NCBI GenBank assembly: GCA_963825245.1
Contig: CAWGSJ010000013.1
Location: 226,537-290,536, forward strand
Source of the DNA: an uncultured Acidobacteriota bacterium
GTDB lineage: Bacteria > Acidobacteriota > Vicinamibacteria > Vicinamibacterales > CAVVIG01
Length of the DNA stretch: 64,000 nt
Direction: 5' to 3'
The position numbers were made by a program, and so were the translations under genes. The notes under the pieces were generated by a model. That model searched no databases, had not been told where the DNA came from, and was given only the letters and a program-made list of their open reading frames with translations. Positions 54,364 to 64,000 of the stretch are shown here, piece by piece. Every line of letters starts with the position of its first letter. The first letter of the stretch is position 1.

Positions 54364-54894
54364 CTATCCTGTCGCCAGCTCGCGCCGCCCGCGCGACAGG
54401 TGCCAACGGACGGTCACTGCCGAAACGCCCAGCAGCGTCGCTATCTCGGCTATCTGCAACCCGTCGAGCTCGTACATCACGATGACGGCGCGCCGCCGCG
54501 GCGGCAGCTGGTTCAGACCCGCCCAGACCGTCTGCCGCGCAATCAGGGCGCGCTCCGGATCGCTGCCCGGGAGCACACCCAGTGACGACTCGCCGCCCAG
54601 CCGGGCCCGCGTGGCGCGCTTCCGCCATCCGTCCCGGCAGACGTTGACGAGGACGCGGACGAGCCAGGCCTCTTCCGGCTGAGCACCCTGCGGCACCGAA
54701 TTCGGCGACCGCGCAGCCCTCAGAAATGTCTCCTGCACCAGGTCGCGGGCGTCCTCGGTCGTCGACACCATGCGCCGGGCAAGCCGGTACAAGCGCTGAT
54801 GGTGCACATCGAACAGCCGCGCGATCCGGCACTCTGCCGTCTCGGCGGCCGCGTTCGCCGCCTTCGTCGGAAGGGCGACCGCCTCGCCGGTCAT
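54364..54894 (-). CDS. ECF (sigma-70 group 4) RNA polymerase sigma factor
   Basis: Region 2 (LVQETFLRAARS) and region 4 (AVIVMYELDGLQIAEIATLLGVSAVTVRWHLSRGRREL); start at 54894 or 54921. Confidence 0.75.
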   Translation of the reverse strand: MTGEAVALPTKAANAAAETAECRIARLFDVHHQRLYRLARRMVSTTEDARDLVQETFLRAARSPNSVPQGAQPEEAWLVRVLVNVCRDGWRKRATRARLGGESSLGVLPGSDPERALIARQTVWAGLNQLPPRRRAVIVMYELDGLQIAEIATLLGVSAVTVRWHLSRGRRELATG

Positions 54895-54938
54895 GTTGCC
54901 CCTGTAGACGTCCGCCGCCATCACTGCGTTGGCCCCTT

Positions 54939-55049
54939 CAGAATTCTTAATCCCTAATTCCAAATTCCTAATTTCAGGGATAACGCCCCCAGCCCCCCAG
55001 CCCCCAGCCTCCAGCCCCCTAACCCGTTGACGCGTAAGCCCGTCTAATC
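54939..55049. promoter_or_regulatory. Divergent ECF promoter region: AT-rich octamer repeats, (CCCCAG)n run, and an ECF-type promoter (AAC-N17-CGTCTAA) 10 nt before the 55057 start codon
   Basis: cttaatccc/taattcc/aaattcc/taatttc tandem 8-mers (AT-rich in a ~70% GC genome); cccccagccccccagcccccagcctccagccccc; aacccgttgacgcgtaagccCGTCTAAtc. Confidence 0.4.
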
Positions 55050-55056
55050 TGTTCGG

Positions 55057-55653
55057 ATGGACGCCAGCGACGTAGCAGCGGTCCTCGCCCGCGCTCAGCA
55101 GGGCGACGGCGAGGCTTTCCGCGTCCTGGTGGAGCGGCACAGCCGGCGTGCGTTTCAGCTGGCCTTTCGGATGACCCGCAACGAACAGGATGCCGAGGAT
55201 GTGGTGCAGGAGAGCTTTCTGCGGGCGTATCGGCAGCTGGGACGCTTCGAAGCGCGCGCCAACTTCGCGACCTGGCTCCACCGAATCGTCGCGAATTGCG
55301 CGGTGGACGTGATGCGGACGCGGCATGCCAGGCAGCAGAGGGTCAGCGATCCGCTCGACGAGGCCGCGCCGATCCAGGCCGGGACGCCCGACCCGCAGCG
55401 GCTGGCCGAAAGCGGCGAGGTGAGGACGCGGGTGGACGAAGCGCTGGCCGGCGCTGAGCCCGCTCGAGCGCGCGGCCTTCGCGCTCAGGCATCACGAGGG
55501 CCGATCCATCGAGGAGATCGGCCGCACGCTCGGCCTCGGCACGAGCGCGTCGAAGCACGCGGTGTTTCGAGCCGTGAAGAAACTACGAGTGGCGCTGACG
55601 GACCTCTTAGGTCCGCCAGCGGAAACGAAATGCATTACACCGAAGACGACCTG
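55057..55653 (+). CDS. ECF RNA polymerase sigma factor (1 frameshift near 55455)
   Basis: Region 2 (DAEDVVQESFLRAYRQL) and, in another frame, region 4 (LSPLERAAFALRHHEGRSIEEIGRTLGLGTSASKHAVFRAVKKLR). Confidence 0.75.
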
Positions 55654-56400
55654 ATTCTCTACTACTACGGCGAGCATCGCCGCCGCGTGCGGCGTCGAGC
55701 AGCATCTGGCGGCTTGCGACGTCGTGCCGCGCGCTCTACAGCGACATCACCGCAAGCCTGGCGCTCGTCACCGACCCCGACGTCGCCCGAACGCGGTGAT
55801 CAGTACGGCCTCGAGGTCTGGCAGCGGATCCGCCACCAGCTGCCCGAGCAGGAAGCGCCATGGTGGGCCGTGTGGACGCGGCCGCATCGCCTGGCCCTGG
55901 CTGGCGCCGTGGCGGTGCTCGTGCTGGCAGCGTTCGTCGCCGGGCTCTCGTGGCCGCGCGCCGATCGTCAGGTGCAGACGACCAACGCAGCGCCCGAACG
56001 TCGTCAGACTCCCGATGCAGGCGAGCGCGTGCGTCTGCGCGTGGTCGGCGATCACCTCGAGCAGTCGGAACGGGTGCTCCTCGATTTCGTGAACGCGTAC
56101 GGCACCGCCGACCAACCGGCCAACGTGAGCTCGCAGCAGCAGGGGGCGTCCGACCTCATTTCAGCGAACCGCCTGTATCGCGATGCATCGACTGCCGCCG
56201 GCGACGAAATGGTCGCCGCGGTGCTCGACGAGCTCGAACGGAGTCTTCTCGAGCTCGTCCACGGACCCGCGACGTTGACGCCTCGGGAGCTCGATCAAAT
56301 TCGTCTGCGGCTCGACGCTGCTGCCCTGCTGTTCCGGGTACGCGTCCTCTCCGAAGAATTGCGCGAGCGCGAGACTCGCACTCGCCAACACCCAGGAACA
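55629..56400 (+). CDS. Anti-sigma factor with zinc-finger (HxxxCxxC) N-terminus and one TM helix (frameshifted; end approximate)
   Basis: MHYTEDDLILYYYGEH ... HLAACDVCRALYSDI across frames; TM helix LALAGAVAVLVLAAFVAGL; start overlaps the sigma gene. Confidence 0.5.
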
Positions 56401-56404
56401 CGAT

Positions 56405-57895
56405 ATGACCAGAATGATTGCCGCCGTCTTCGTCAGCCTCACTCGTCCTCGCCGGCCATGTCGCGTCGGCCCAGCCGGTGCCGATGCCGTGCTGCCGCCG
56501 CTGCCCGTACCGCCGGAGACGTTCGTGCTGCCACCGGTTCCGCCGCTGCCGGTGCTGCCCGAGATGCCGACATTGCCGGAACTCCCACCGATGCCGACGG
56601 TGGGGCCGCTGCCTCCAATGCCGCCACTGGCGGCGTTGCCGCCGCTGCCGACCGTTCCATTCTTCGAGCTCGATAAGTTCTATGCGGACTTCCTTTACCA
56701 GCCGGCGCCGAAGCCCCAGCCCACGCCGCGGCCTCAACCCGCGCCACGGCCAGTGCGCGTCGACAGGGGACGCGATGCCGAGGGGACGTACGAAGATGCG
56801 CGTCAGCTGATCGATTCAGGCCGCTACGAACGGGCGCTCGAGGCGCTCGATCGAGTGGCGGCTGCGCCGAACAGCACGCGGGCAGACGCGGCGCTGTACT
56901 GGAAGGCCTACGCGCAGTGGAAGCTCGATCAGCGCGCCGACGCACTCGCGACGCTCGCGGACATGAGCAAGACGCGTTCCCGCAGAGCCGCTGGGCGAAG
57001 GACGCGCAGGCGCTCGACGTCGAGATCCGGCAGAGGTCCGGCACGATCGGTTTCGCCAGACGGCCAGTCCAGCGAGGAGCTGAAGCTGCTGGCGCTGCGG
57101 GGACTGATGAACAGCGATCCCGACCGGGCCATCCCGATGATCGAGCAGACTCCTGGCCGGCCCGAGCACGGTCCGCGTCAAGGAGAACGCCCTGTTCGTA
57201 CTGAGCCAGAGCCGCTCCGCGCGCGCACGCGACATCATCGCGGGAGCCGCCAAGGGCAGCCTCAATCCCGATCTGCAGCTGCGCGCGATCCGCTACCTCG
57301 GGGCGATCGGCGGTCGCGGAGAACCGCCAGGTGCTGGACGATGCGTATCGATCGACGACCGACCTGGCGGTAAAGCGCGCCATCATCCGCAGCTTCGGCG
57401 CGGCGGGTGATCGCCAGCGGCTGCTCGGCCTGGCAAAGTCCGAGAACGCGCCGGAGCTGCGCGGCGAAGCGGTCCGATCGCTCGGCGCGATGAACGCGAC
57501 CGCCGAGCTCGACGAGCTGTACCAGACCGAGACGTCGCGCGGAGGTCAAGAACCAGATCATTCGCGGCATGATGTCGAGCGGTAACGTCGGTTCGCTGAC
57601 GAAGCTCGCCACCTCGGAGAAGGACCCGGCGCTGCAGCGCACGGCGATCCGCAACCTCGGGGCGATGGGATCGGCCAAGACGAGCGACACGCTGCGATCG
57701 ATCTACACCAGCGACAGCAACACCGACGTCCGCATGGAAGTGATCGACGCGCTGATGATTCAGCAGAACGCGACCGTGCTCGTCGCGCTCGCCCGCGCCG
57801 AGAAGGACGCCGCGCTGAAGCGGCGCATCGTCGAGCGGTTGTCGATGATGAAGTCGAAGGAAGCCACGGACTACATGTTGGAATTACTGAAATGA
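56405..57895 (+). CDS. Proline-rich / TPR / HEAT-repeat protein (about 3 frameshifts)
   Basis: N-terminal signal-like segment, PPLP repeats, TPR-like helices, C-terminal HEAT/PBS-lyase repeats (ALQRTAIRNLGAMGS ... VRMEVIDAL...). Confidence 0.5.
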
Positions 57896-57950
57896 GGGTG
57901 CTGGGTGGATCCTGTAGGGTGCTCGGTGGATCCTGTAGGGTGCTGGGCGC
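57896..57950. repeat. Tandem 21-bp direct repeat, 2.6 copies of GGGTGCTGGGTGGATCCTGTA, each containing GGATCC
   Basis: Copies at 57896-57916 and 57917-57937 differ by 1 nt, with a partial third copy; begins directly after the upstream TGA. Confidence 0.7.
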
Positions 57951-57959
57951 GGGTGCGCC

Positions 57960-58794
57960 ATCGCGATCGTGCTGGCTGCTGACGCGGCGGCGGCACAAAC
58001 GCTCCAGCAGCGGGTCGAGGCGGTCGCGGCCAAGGGCGGCGTTGCGCTGGGTCGAGTACCGCGTGCCGATGGTGGGCGGATCGCGGCGGATGTGCTGCTT
58101 CGATTCGGCCGCGTCGCGCGGCGCCGACTGCTGTGGCCGCTGCCGGCTCGAGGGGCGCGACGGGATTGTGCTGAACAACAGCAATCAACCCGAGCCCGCC
58201 GCGGCGCGGATTGTCGTCGAGCCACCGTCCGAAATGCGCGTCTTCGCGCGGATCGAGAACCGGTCGGTCACGCGGCTGCGGATCTTCTCGCTCGATTGCG
58301 ACGTCGACGCCGACGGCGTGGCCGTGACGACGCTGTCCGGGATCAGCGCGGACGAGAGCGTCGCCTGGCTCGCCGCGCTCATTCGGTCGGCTGACGATAC
58401 GACGCCCACGCTCAACACCGTGCAGATGCCCGCTCTTTCAGCGCTCGCCCTGCACCCCGGAGACGCGGCCGAGAAAATCCTGATCACGCTCGCGCGGAGC
58501 GATCAGCGGCCGCGCATGCGCAGCCAGGCACTCTTCTGGCTCTCGCAGCGCGCCGGCGACGAAGCCCTCAAGGCGATTGGCAGCGCCGTGAGCGACGATC
58601 CCGAGATCGAGGTCAAGCGGCGCGCAGTGTTCGCCCTGAGCCAGCTGCCCCGCAGCGAGGGCGTACCGATGCTCATCGATCTCGCTCGCAACCACCGCCT
58701 GCCCGAAGTCCGCCGGCAAGCCATGTTCTGGCTCGGTCAGTCGAGGGATCCCCGCGCCGTCGATTTCTTCGAGCAGATCCTTCTCGCCAAGTAA
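57960..58794 (+). CDS. HEAT-repeat (PBS-lyase-like) protein (frameshifted N-terminus; start approximate)
   Basis: Repeated RSQALFWLSQ / RRAVFALSQ / RRQAMFWLGQ HEAT-like motifs; the N-terminal signal-like segment is in another frame. Confidence 0.55.
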
Positions 58795-58801
58795 ATACTT
58801 C

Positions 58802-58960
58802 CACGAAAAGCTTCAACACGGACACGACGGACACGAACGGATCACGGACTGTTCCGGACCGTACCGTGTCTGTTCTGCGACCCGCGCCGCGCAGCGGCGC
58901 TCGGGCCGGCTTCGCCGGCCCGCTGGTCGCAGCAGTTCGTGTCCGTGTTTTGAGCTTTTC
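58802..58960. mobile_element. MITE-like non-coding element (~159 bp) with 26-bp terminal inverted repeats and internal hairpins
   Basis: Left end cacgaaaagcttcaacacggacacga and right end (reverse complement) gaaaagctcaaaacacggacacgaac match at 23 of 26 positions; no ORF; lies between convergent genes; a partial copy is at 26763-26846. Confidence 0.55.
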
Positions 58961-58994
58961 TTCTTTTTTCGTGTTCGTGCTTCCGTGCTGGTCG

Positions 58995-60227
58995 TCAGGA
59001 CTGCTTCGAGGTGGCTTCATCGAGGATTTTCTGAATCTGCTCGGCGGTCAGGGTCCGCTTCGAAGCCTTGGCGGCGCTGAAGATCCTGTCGACGATGTCG
59101 TCGGTCGCGGCCAAGCCGCGGCTCTCCAGCCAGTAGACGACGTTCGACCTGCCGGACATCGGGCCGACGTCGATCTGCTGCGCGCGGCCGACGAGCGTGG
59201 CGGGAACGGACGCGTAGACCGCGTCCATCAGCTCGCGGTCACCCTTTCTGAACGCTTTCACCACCGCCGCCGCGTGCACGCCGGTGGCGGTGCGGAACGC
59301 GTCGTATCCGATCACTGGATAGTTCGGCGGAATCGGCACGTCGCACACACGCGAGACGGCCTCGCAGTAGCCGGGCAGCGTCGACAGGTCGCGTTCGATG
59401 GCGCCGCTCATTACCAGGTTGACGAGCAGCAGATCGATCGCCGTGTTGCCGCAGCGCTCGCCGATGCCGAGCGCGGTGCCGTGCAGCCGCGTCGCGCCCG
59501 CCTCCCAGGCCGCGAGCGCGTTGGCGATGCCGAACCCGCGGTCGCGGTGGCCGTGCCAGTCGATGCCGGCTTCCACGCCGAGCTCGGCCACCAGGTTTCG
59601 GACGAAATGGACCACGGCCCGCGCGCCGGCGGGCGTCGCGTGGCCGACCGTGTCGGCGATGCAGAGTCGTGACGCCCCGGCGCGCAGCGCCGTCGTGAAC
59701 AGCACGCGCAGAGAAGCCGGGTCGGCGCGCGTCGTGTCCTCGGTGACGTACATCACCCTCAGGCCTTGCTTTACCGCGAACCCGATGGCCTCTTCGGTGG
59801 TCTTCTGCAGGAACTCGATCGTCCAGCCCTCGGCGTACTGGCGGATCGGGCTCGAGCCGATGAAGGCACAGCACTCGATCGGGACGCCGGTCCGCTGGAC
59901 AGCCTCGGCAATCGGCCGGATATCCGAGATGACCGTGCGCGCGGCGCAGTTGGCGGTGATCGTCAGCCGCCGATCGCCGATCGATCGGGCCAGGCGCTCG
60001 ACGTCGGCGGCCACGTGCGCGCCCGCGCCGGGAAGGCCGATGTTCGCGGTGTCGATCCCGAGGACGTCCATCCGCTCGAGCAGATCGAGCTTCTCCTCGA
60101 TCGCCGGGGTGCGCACCGACGGCGACTGCAATCCATCACGCAGCGTCTCGTCGTCGAGCATCACCGCCGGCCCGCGGACGGCGCTTTCAGCGTTCCAATC
60201 GTGAATGAGCGGATGGAGGTGCGACAT
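58995..60227 (-). CDS. 2-isopropylmalate synthase / homocitrate synthase family (HMGL-like) enzyme
   Basis: Intact 410-aa ORF; LRDGLQS, MYVTEDTTRADP and DTVGHATP ... HGHRDRGFGIANALAA are DRE-TIM metallolyase motifs. Confidence 0.75.
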   Translation of the reverse strand: MSHLHPLIHDWNAESAVRGPAVMLDDETLRDGLQSPSVRTPAIEEKLDLLERMDVLGIDTANIGLPGAGAHVAADVERLARSIGDRRLTITANCAARTVISDIRPIAEAVQRTGVPIECCAFIGSSPIRQYAEGWTIEFLQKTTEEAIGFAVKQGLRVMYVTEDTTRADPASLRVLFTTALRAGASRLCIADTVGHATPAGARAVVHFVRNLVAELGVEAGIDWHGHRDRGFGIANALAAWEAGATRLHGTALGIGERCGNTAIDLLLVNLVMSGAIERDLSTLPGYCEAVSRVCDVPIPPNYPVIGYDAFRTATGVHAAAVVKAFRKGDRELMDAVYASVPATLVGRAQQIDVGPMSGRSNVVYWLESRGLAATDDIVDRIFSAAKASKRTLTAEQIQKILDEATSKQS

Positions 60228-60271
60228 CTGAAATCTACAATGTCGAATTTACAAATTTCGGAGATCAGACT

Positions 60272-60559
60272 TCAGGCTTCAGACTTCCGTCGAGTCGCGG
60301 CCGCGATTCCCACCAAACCCACCATCAGGACGCCGCCGGCCGCGGCAGTCGCGGTCCACAGCGCATGCGATTGGGCGGCGCGCATCCACGGACTCGCGAG
60401 CACGTACGGCGCCGACTTCGACGCGGCCACGGCGGCGGCGTAGACGTATTCGCGCCCTTCGACGACCAGGATGCGATCGAAGACGACGTTCCAGACGACG
60501 AACGCGAACAGCAGCCAGAGAAAGACGGCGAGGCGAATCCGGCCTCGGTCAGCTGGCAT
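60272..60559 (-). CDS. Hypothetical small membrane protein (2 TM helices)
   Basis: 95-aa ORF directly downstream of bioB; hydrophobic helices [18 protein letters not shown] and [14 protein letters not shown]. Confidence 0.35.
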   Translation of the reverse strand: MPADRGRIRLAVFLWLLFAFVVWNVVFDRILVVEGREYVYAAAVAASKSAPYVLASPWMRAAQSHALWTATAAAGGVLMVGLVGIAAATRRKSEA

Positions 60560-61527
60560 TCGCCGTGACGGCCCGTTCCGTCGTCAGCCGCATCCCGAGC
60601 CGCGCCAGAAGCTGATCGTCGTGGGTCTGGCCGGGGTTCGGGGTGGTCAACAGGCGATCGCCGAGGAAGACGGAGTTGGCGCCTGCCACGAAGCACAGCG
60701 CCTGGGCCTCGTCGGTGAGCGAGAGGCGGCCCGCGCTCAGCCTGACGAACGACGTCGGCATCAGGATGCGGGCGGTCGCGATCGTCCGGACCAGCTCGAG
60801 CGGATCCTCCGGGCGGACGTCGGCCAGCGGCGTGCCATCGACCCGCACGAGCAGGTTGACGGGCACGCTTTCGGGATGCGGATCGAGCGTTGCGAGCTGT
60901 TGCAGCAGCCGGTAGCGGACGCCCCGATCCTCTCCCATGCCGATGATGCCGCCGCAGCAGACGGTCACGCCGGCCCGGCGGACGCGCGCCAGGGTCTGCA
61001 GGCGGTCGTCGTAGGTGCGCGTCGTGATGATGTGGCCGTAGAACTCCGGCGAGGTGTCGAGGTTGTGGTTGTACGCGGTCAGGCCGGCGGCGGCGAGCGC
61101 GTCGGCCTGCTCCTGCGTGAGCATGCCGAGCGTGCAGCACGCCTCCATCCCGAGCCCGCGCACGACGCGCACCATCTCGAGCACGCGCTCGAACGGCGCG
61201 CCGTCCGGCACGTCGCGCCACGCCGCGCCCATGCAGAACCTGGTCGCGCCCTGCTCCCGCGCGTGCGTCGCCGCTTCCGTCAGCTCGTCGAGGCCGACGA
61301 GATCGGTGCGGGCGACGCCGGTCTGGTAGTGCGCCGACTGCGGACAATAGGCGCAGTCTTCGGGACAGCCGCCGGTCTTGATGCTGAGGAGCATGCAGCC
61401 CTGCACCTCGTCGGTCCGGTGATGGGCGCGATGCACGGTCTGCGCGCGGAAGATCAAGTCCGGCAGCGGCGCAGTGTAGATGTCTTCGATCTCGGGGACG
61501 GTCCAGTCGTGGCGGAGCGGTGCGGTC
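60549..61527 (-). CDS. bioB: Biotin synthase (radical SAM)
   Basis: [11 protein letters not shown] (CxxxCxxC) and YNHNLDTS; likely start MTAPLRHDW. The supplied ORF extends upstream only because of a missing stop. Confidence 0.85.
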
Positions 61528-61544
61528 ATGGCTGGTTTCAGGAA

Positions 61545-61640
61545 ACGGAGTGCCCGGAGGAACGGATTAACAACGGAGCAACGAAGCAACGGAGATCGGC
61601 CCGTTCTCCCGTTAATCCGTCTCTCCGCCATCCGCTTTCT
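61545..61640. repeat. Structured leader upstream of bioB: tandem (C/G)AACGGAG octamers and their inverted partners (CTCCCGTT...)
   Basis: gaaacggag / ggaacgg / caacggag / caacgaag / caacggag, then cccgttctcccgttaatccgtctctccg; ggaacggattaacaacggag pairs with ctcccgttaatccgtc. Confidence 0.45.
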
Positions 61641-61645
61641 CAAGC

Positions 61646-61835
61646 CTAGCACGCGTAATACAGCACGGCGGCCGCCAGCGCCGCGGCCGCAGTCAGCGCG
61701 GCGATCAGACCGGCCGGCATGCGGCGCGGTCTTGATCGGCGCCGGCTTGAACTTCGCCTCGGTGGTTGCCGTGCCGCACCGATAGCAGATGAGCGCCTTG
61801 TCGGCGATTTCGGTGCCGCAGTTACGACACTGCAT
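61646..61835 (-). CDS. Small zinc-ribbon protein with a C-terminal TM helix (about 62 aa; 1 frameshift)
   Basis: [22 protein letters not shown] (CxxC...CxxC), then after a frameshift [22 protein letters not shown] and a stop at 61646. Confidence 0.45.
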
Positions 61836-62673
61836 GCGCCGGGCGCTGAATGAAGGGCCGCAGGACGGCCATCAGGATGAGCACCACGCCAAATGTGCAG
61901 ACAATGGTCGCGCCGGTCGGCAGGTCCAGCACGAGCGACAAGTACACGCCGAGTGCCGAGACCAGCGTGCCCATCGACCAGCCGATCGCGAGCCGCGCGC
62001 CAATCCGGTCAGCGTACAACATCGCGGCGACCGAAGGCACGATCAGGTAGCAGAACACCAGCAGGACGCCGGCGATCGACACCGACGAGGTGACGACGAA
62101 TCCGAACGACGCGTAGAAGAGAAAATCCCACAGGCGGAGCGACAGCCCGCGCGCCTCGGCGCCCTCGGGGTCCATGGAGATCGCGAGGAACTGCCGGCGG
62201 AAGATGAAGTGGAACGCGCCCACCGCGCCGTAAAGCAGCGCGGTCTTCCCGACTTCCCCCCACGACACGGCGAGAATGTTCCCGACCAGCATGTCCTTCA
62301 GATGCTCGCTCTCAGAGGTCGCCTTGCTCATGGCCAGGATCGCCGCGGCCGACGCGACCGCGTAACAGATCCCGATGATTGCCTCTTGCGGGATACGCGC
62401 GTGGCGGATGCGGATCGTCGAGAACACGACCGCGCCGATGAAGGTGAACGCCAGGCTGATCCAGTAGACGACGGGCGCGTGCGCGTCGCCGCCCGACACC
62501 GGCAGGAGCAGCGCGATCGCGGCGCCGAGCGCCGCGATCTGCGCCAGCGACAGGTCCACGAAGATCACCCCGCGCTCGACGACGTGCACACCGAGGTAGG
62601 CGTGGATGCCGGTCAGGATCAGGCTGGCCGCGAACGGGGCCGCCAGGAACTCGATGACGCTCAGGGTGTCCAT
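61822..62673 (-). CDS. znuB: Metal ABC transporter permease (ABC-3 / ZnuB-MntB family)
   Basis: [38 protein letters not shown]...; 8-9 TM helices typical of the ABC-3 family. Confidence 0.7.
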   Translation of the reverse strand: MDTLSVIEFLAAPFAASLILTGIHAYLGVHVVERGVIFVDLSLAQIAALGAAIALLLPVSGGDAHAPVVYWISLAFTFIGAVVFSTIRIRHARIPQEAIIGICYAVASAAAILAMSKATSESEHLKDMLVGNILAVSWGEVGKTALLYGAVGAFHFIFRRQFLAISMDPEGAEARGLSLRLWDFLFYASFGFVVTSSVSIAGVLLVFCYLIVPSVAAMLYADRIGARLAIGWSMGTLVSALGVYLSLVLDLPTGATIVCTFGVVLILMAVLRPFIQRPAHAVS

Positions 62674-63606
62674 GCGTCCTACTTCGTCCCGGTCTGCCGG
62701 GCGGCATCGGCCACCAGGCTGACCGCGTTGTCGAACAGCGTGAAGTAGTCGGTCACGGTCTTTCGTGCCGCCGACCGACGGCGGCAGCACGACGACCCGG
62801 CCGCCGGTCTGGCGCGCGATGGCGTTCGGGGTCTTCAGGTCGAAGTACGGCTCGACGAGGATCAGCTTCACGTTCTGGCGGTTCATCTCGTTGACCAGAT
62901 CGAGCGTGTGCTGCGGCGTCGGCGGGATTCCCGGCCGCGGCTCGACGAAGCCGATCACGTCGAGCCCGAAGCGGTCGGCGAAGTTGGAATAGGACCGGTG
63001 GTAGGTGACGACCTTCAGCCCCTTGAACGGCGCCAGCGCGGCCTGCCAGCGCTGCCGGGCCTCGTCGATGCCGCCGCGAGAAATCGGCGAGACGCTGATC
63101 GAAGTACGCCTTGTCGTTCGGACGCAGCTCCGACAGCTTGCCGGCGATGGCGCGCGCGATCACCTTGCCGTTGTCCGGATCCAGCCAGTAGTGCGGGTTG
63201 CCGAGCGGGTGCACGTCGCCCATCGCCCGCGTGATCTGCCCCTGCGGGATGTCGAGAATGCGCGCCTGGAGCGACGCGTCCAGGTACGCCGGGCGCGCCC
63301 GGCTGAATCCTGCGCGTTGCGGCTCTGCTGCACGAGCGGCGGCAGCCAGCCGACTTCGAGCTCGCGGCCGACCACCACCAGGAGGTCGGCGCGCTGCAAG
63401 CGCAGGATGAAGCTGGGCTTCGCTTCGACGAAATGCGGGTCCTGGTAGCCGCGCGCGATCGACTCGACCGCCGCGCGGTCGCCGGCGACTTCGCGCGCGA
63501 TGGCGGCCAGATCCTCGGTCGTGGTGACGACGTTGAGCTTCCCTTGCGCGTGGACCGGTGCGGTCAGCACCGACTGCAGCGCCAGCAAAGCGATTAACTT
63601 CTTCAT
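62670..63606 (-). CDS. znuA: Metal-binding periplasmic lipoprotein / SBP (TroA-ZnuA family); about 3 frameshifts
   Basis: Signal peptide MKKLIALLALQSVLTAPVHA; cluster 9 SBP motifs (KLNVVTTTEDLAAIAREV ... GDVHPLGNPHYWLDP ... KLILVEPYFD) across 3 frames. Confidence 0.65.
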
Positions 63607-63647
63607 GAAATCCTCTTTCACTTCCTTCACCGACTACCGACTACCGA

Positions 63648-64000
63648 CTAAAACGGGTGCGCGCCGTGCGCGCCGATCGAGAACTGGAGCTGGAACAGGA
63701 ACTCGTTGGCGGCCGGACCGTCGGCGTAGTTGGTCCGGCGGTACTGGCCGCGCAGCTGACTGAATTCACTCGGCCAGAACGTGACCAGCGCGGAATATGA
63801 CTTGTCGCGCAGATCGTCCTCGTCGAGCCGGTCCGACTGATCGAGGCGGCCACCGGCAAACCAGCGGCGCGCAAACTGATAGTCGCCCGACACGTAGAAG
63901 CCCGAGCTGTCGATCTGGCCGGTCGAGCGCTCCCGCCGGCTCCACACCACCTCGGAACGGCCGATGAACGATCGGTAGATCGACCGCTGCAGCGGCCGCC
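63648..64000 (-). CDS. C-terminal part of a putative outer-membrane beta-barrel porin (partial; continues past the window end)
   Basis: Alternating hydrophobic beta-strand pattern ending in ...FQLQFSIGAHGAHPF (terminal Phe typical of OMPs). Confidence 0.4.
   Translation of the reverse strand, partial: RPLQRSIYRSFIGRSEVVWSRRERSTGQIDSSGFYVSGDYQFARRWFAGGRLDQSDRLDEDDLRDKSYSALVTFWPSEFSQLRGQYRRTNYADGPAANEFLFQLQFSIGAHGAHPF

Noticed and set aside
57892-58180. N-terminal RVLGGSCRVLGGSC peptide repeat of the 57892-58794 ORF
   Set aside because: It is a translation of the 21-bp DNA tandem repeat. The real HEAT-repeat gene most likely starts downstream, with a signal-like segment in another frame.

Overview
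High-GC (~68-70%) bacterial chromosomal segment with about 70 protein-coding genes and no rRNA, tRNA or CRISPR; the taxon cannot be fixed from sequence alone (gene content is compatible with a soil Acidobacteria- or Gemmatimonadetes-like organism). Two functional themes dominate. (1) Phosphate starvation and polyphosphate: an OmpR/PhoB-family response regulator, exopolyphosphatase (ppx) with two tandem thymidylate-kinase-like genes, a divergent CHAD plus SixA-like phosphatase ORF, a secreted beta-propeller phytase, PhoD, a secreted GlpQ-like glycerophosphodiester phosphodiesterase, a secreted metallophosphoesterase, pstB-phoU, mgsA, and a GT4/GT4/GT2 glycosyltransferase cluster. Five of these genes carry a shared PHO-box-like direct-repeat motif (GCCGTCA[CT], 11-bp phasing) in their upstream regions. 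(2) Cation homeostasis: kdpF(x2)ABC with a stand-alone KdpD N-terminal/USP sensor, a separate kdpD histidine-kinase half with kdpE, kup, two mgtE genes, a znuA/znuB-like pair and pntAB. Other genes include transporters (APC permeases, SSF symporter, NupC), a flotillin-like SPFH protein, two ECF sigma/anti-sigma modules with HEAT-repeat proteins, citrate synthase, an M28 peptidase, bioB and a LeuA-like synthase. About 25 genes, including essential ones such as gltA and pntB, are interrupted by single-base frameshifts in both directions. This points to indel sequencing or assembly error rather than pseudogenisation, so all frameshifted coordinates are approximate. Intergenic regions hold several distinct repeat families: REP-like GC hairpins with TNAA loops and a CTAC tail, hairpins whose arms are tandem 7-8-mer repeats, and a MITE-like element with 26-bp terminal inverted repeats.
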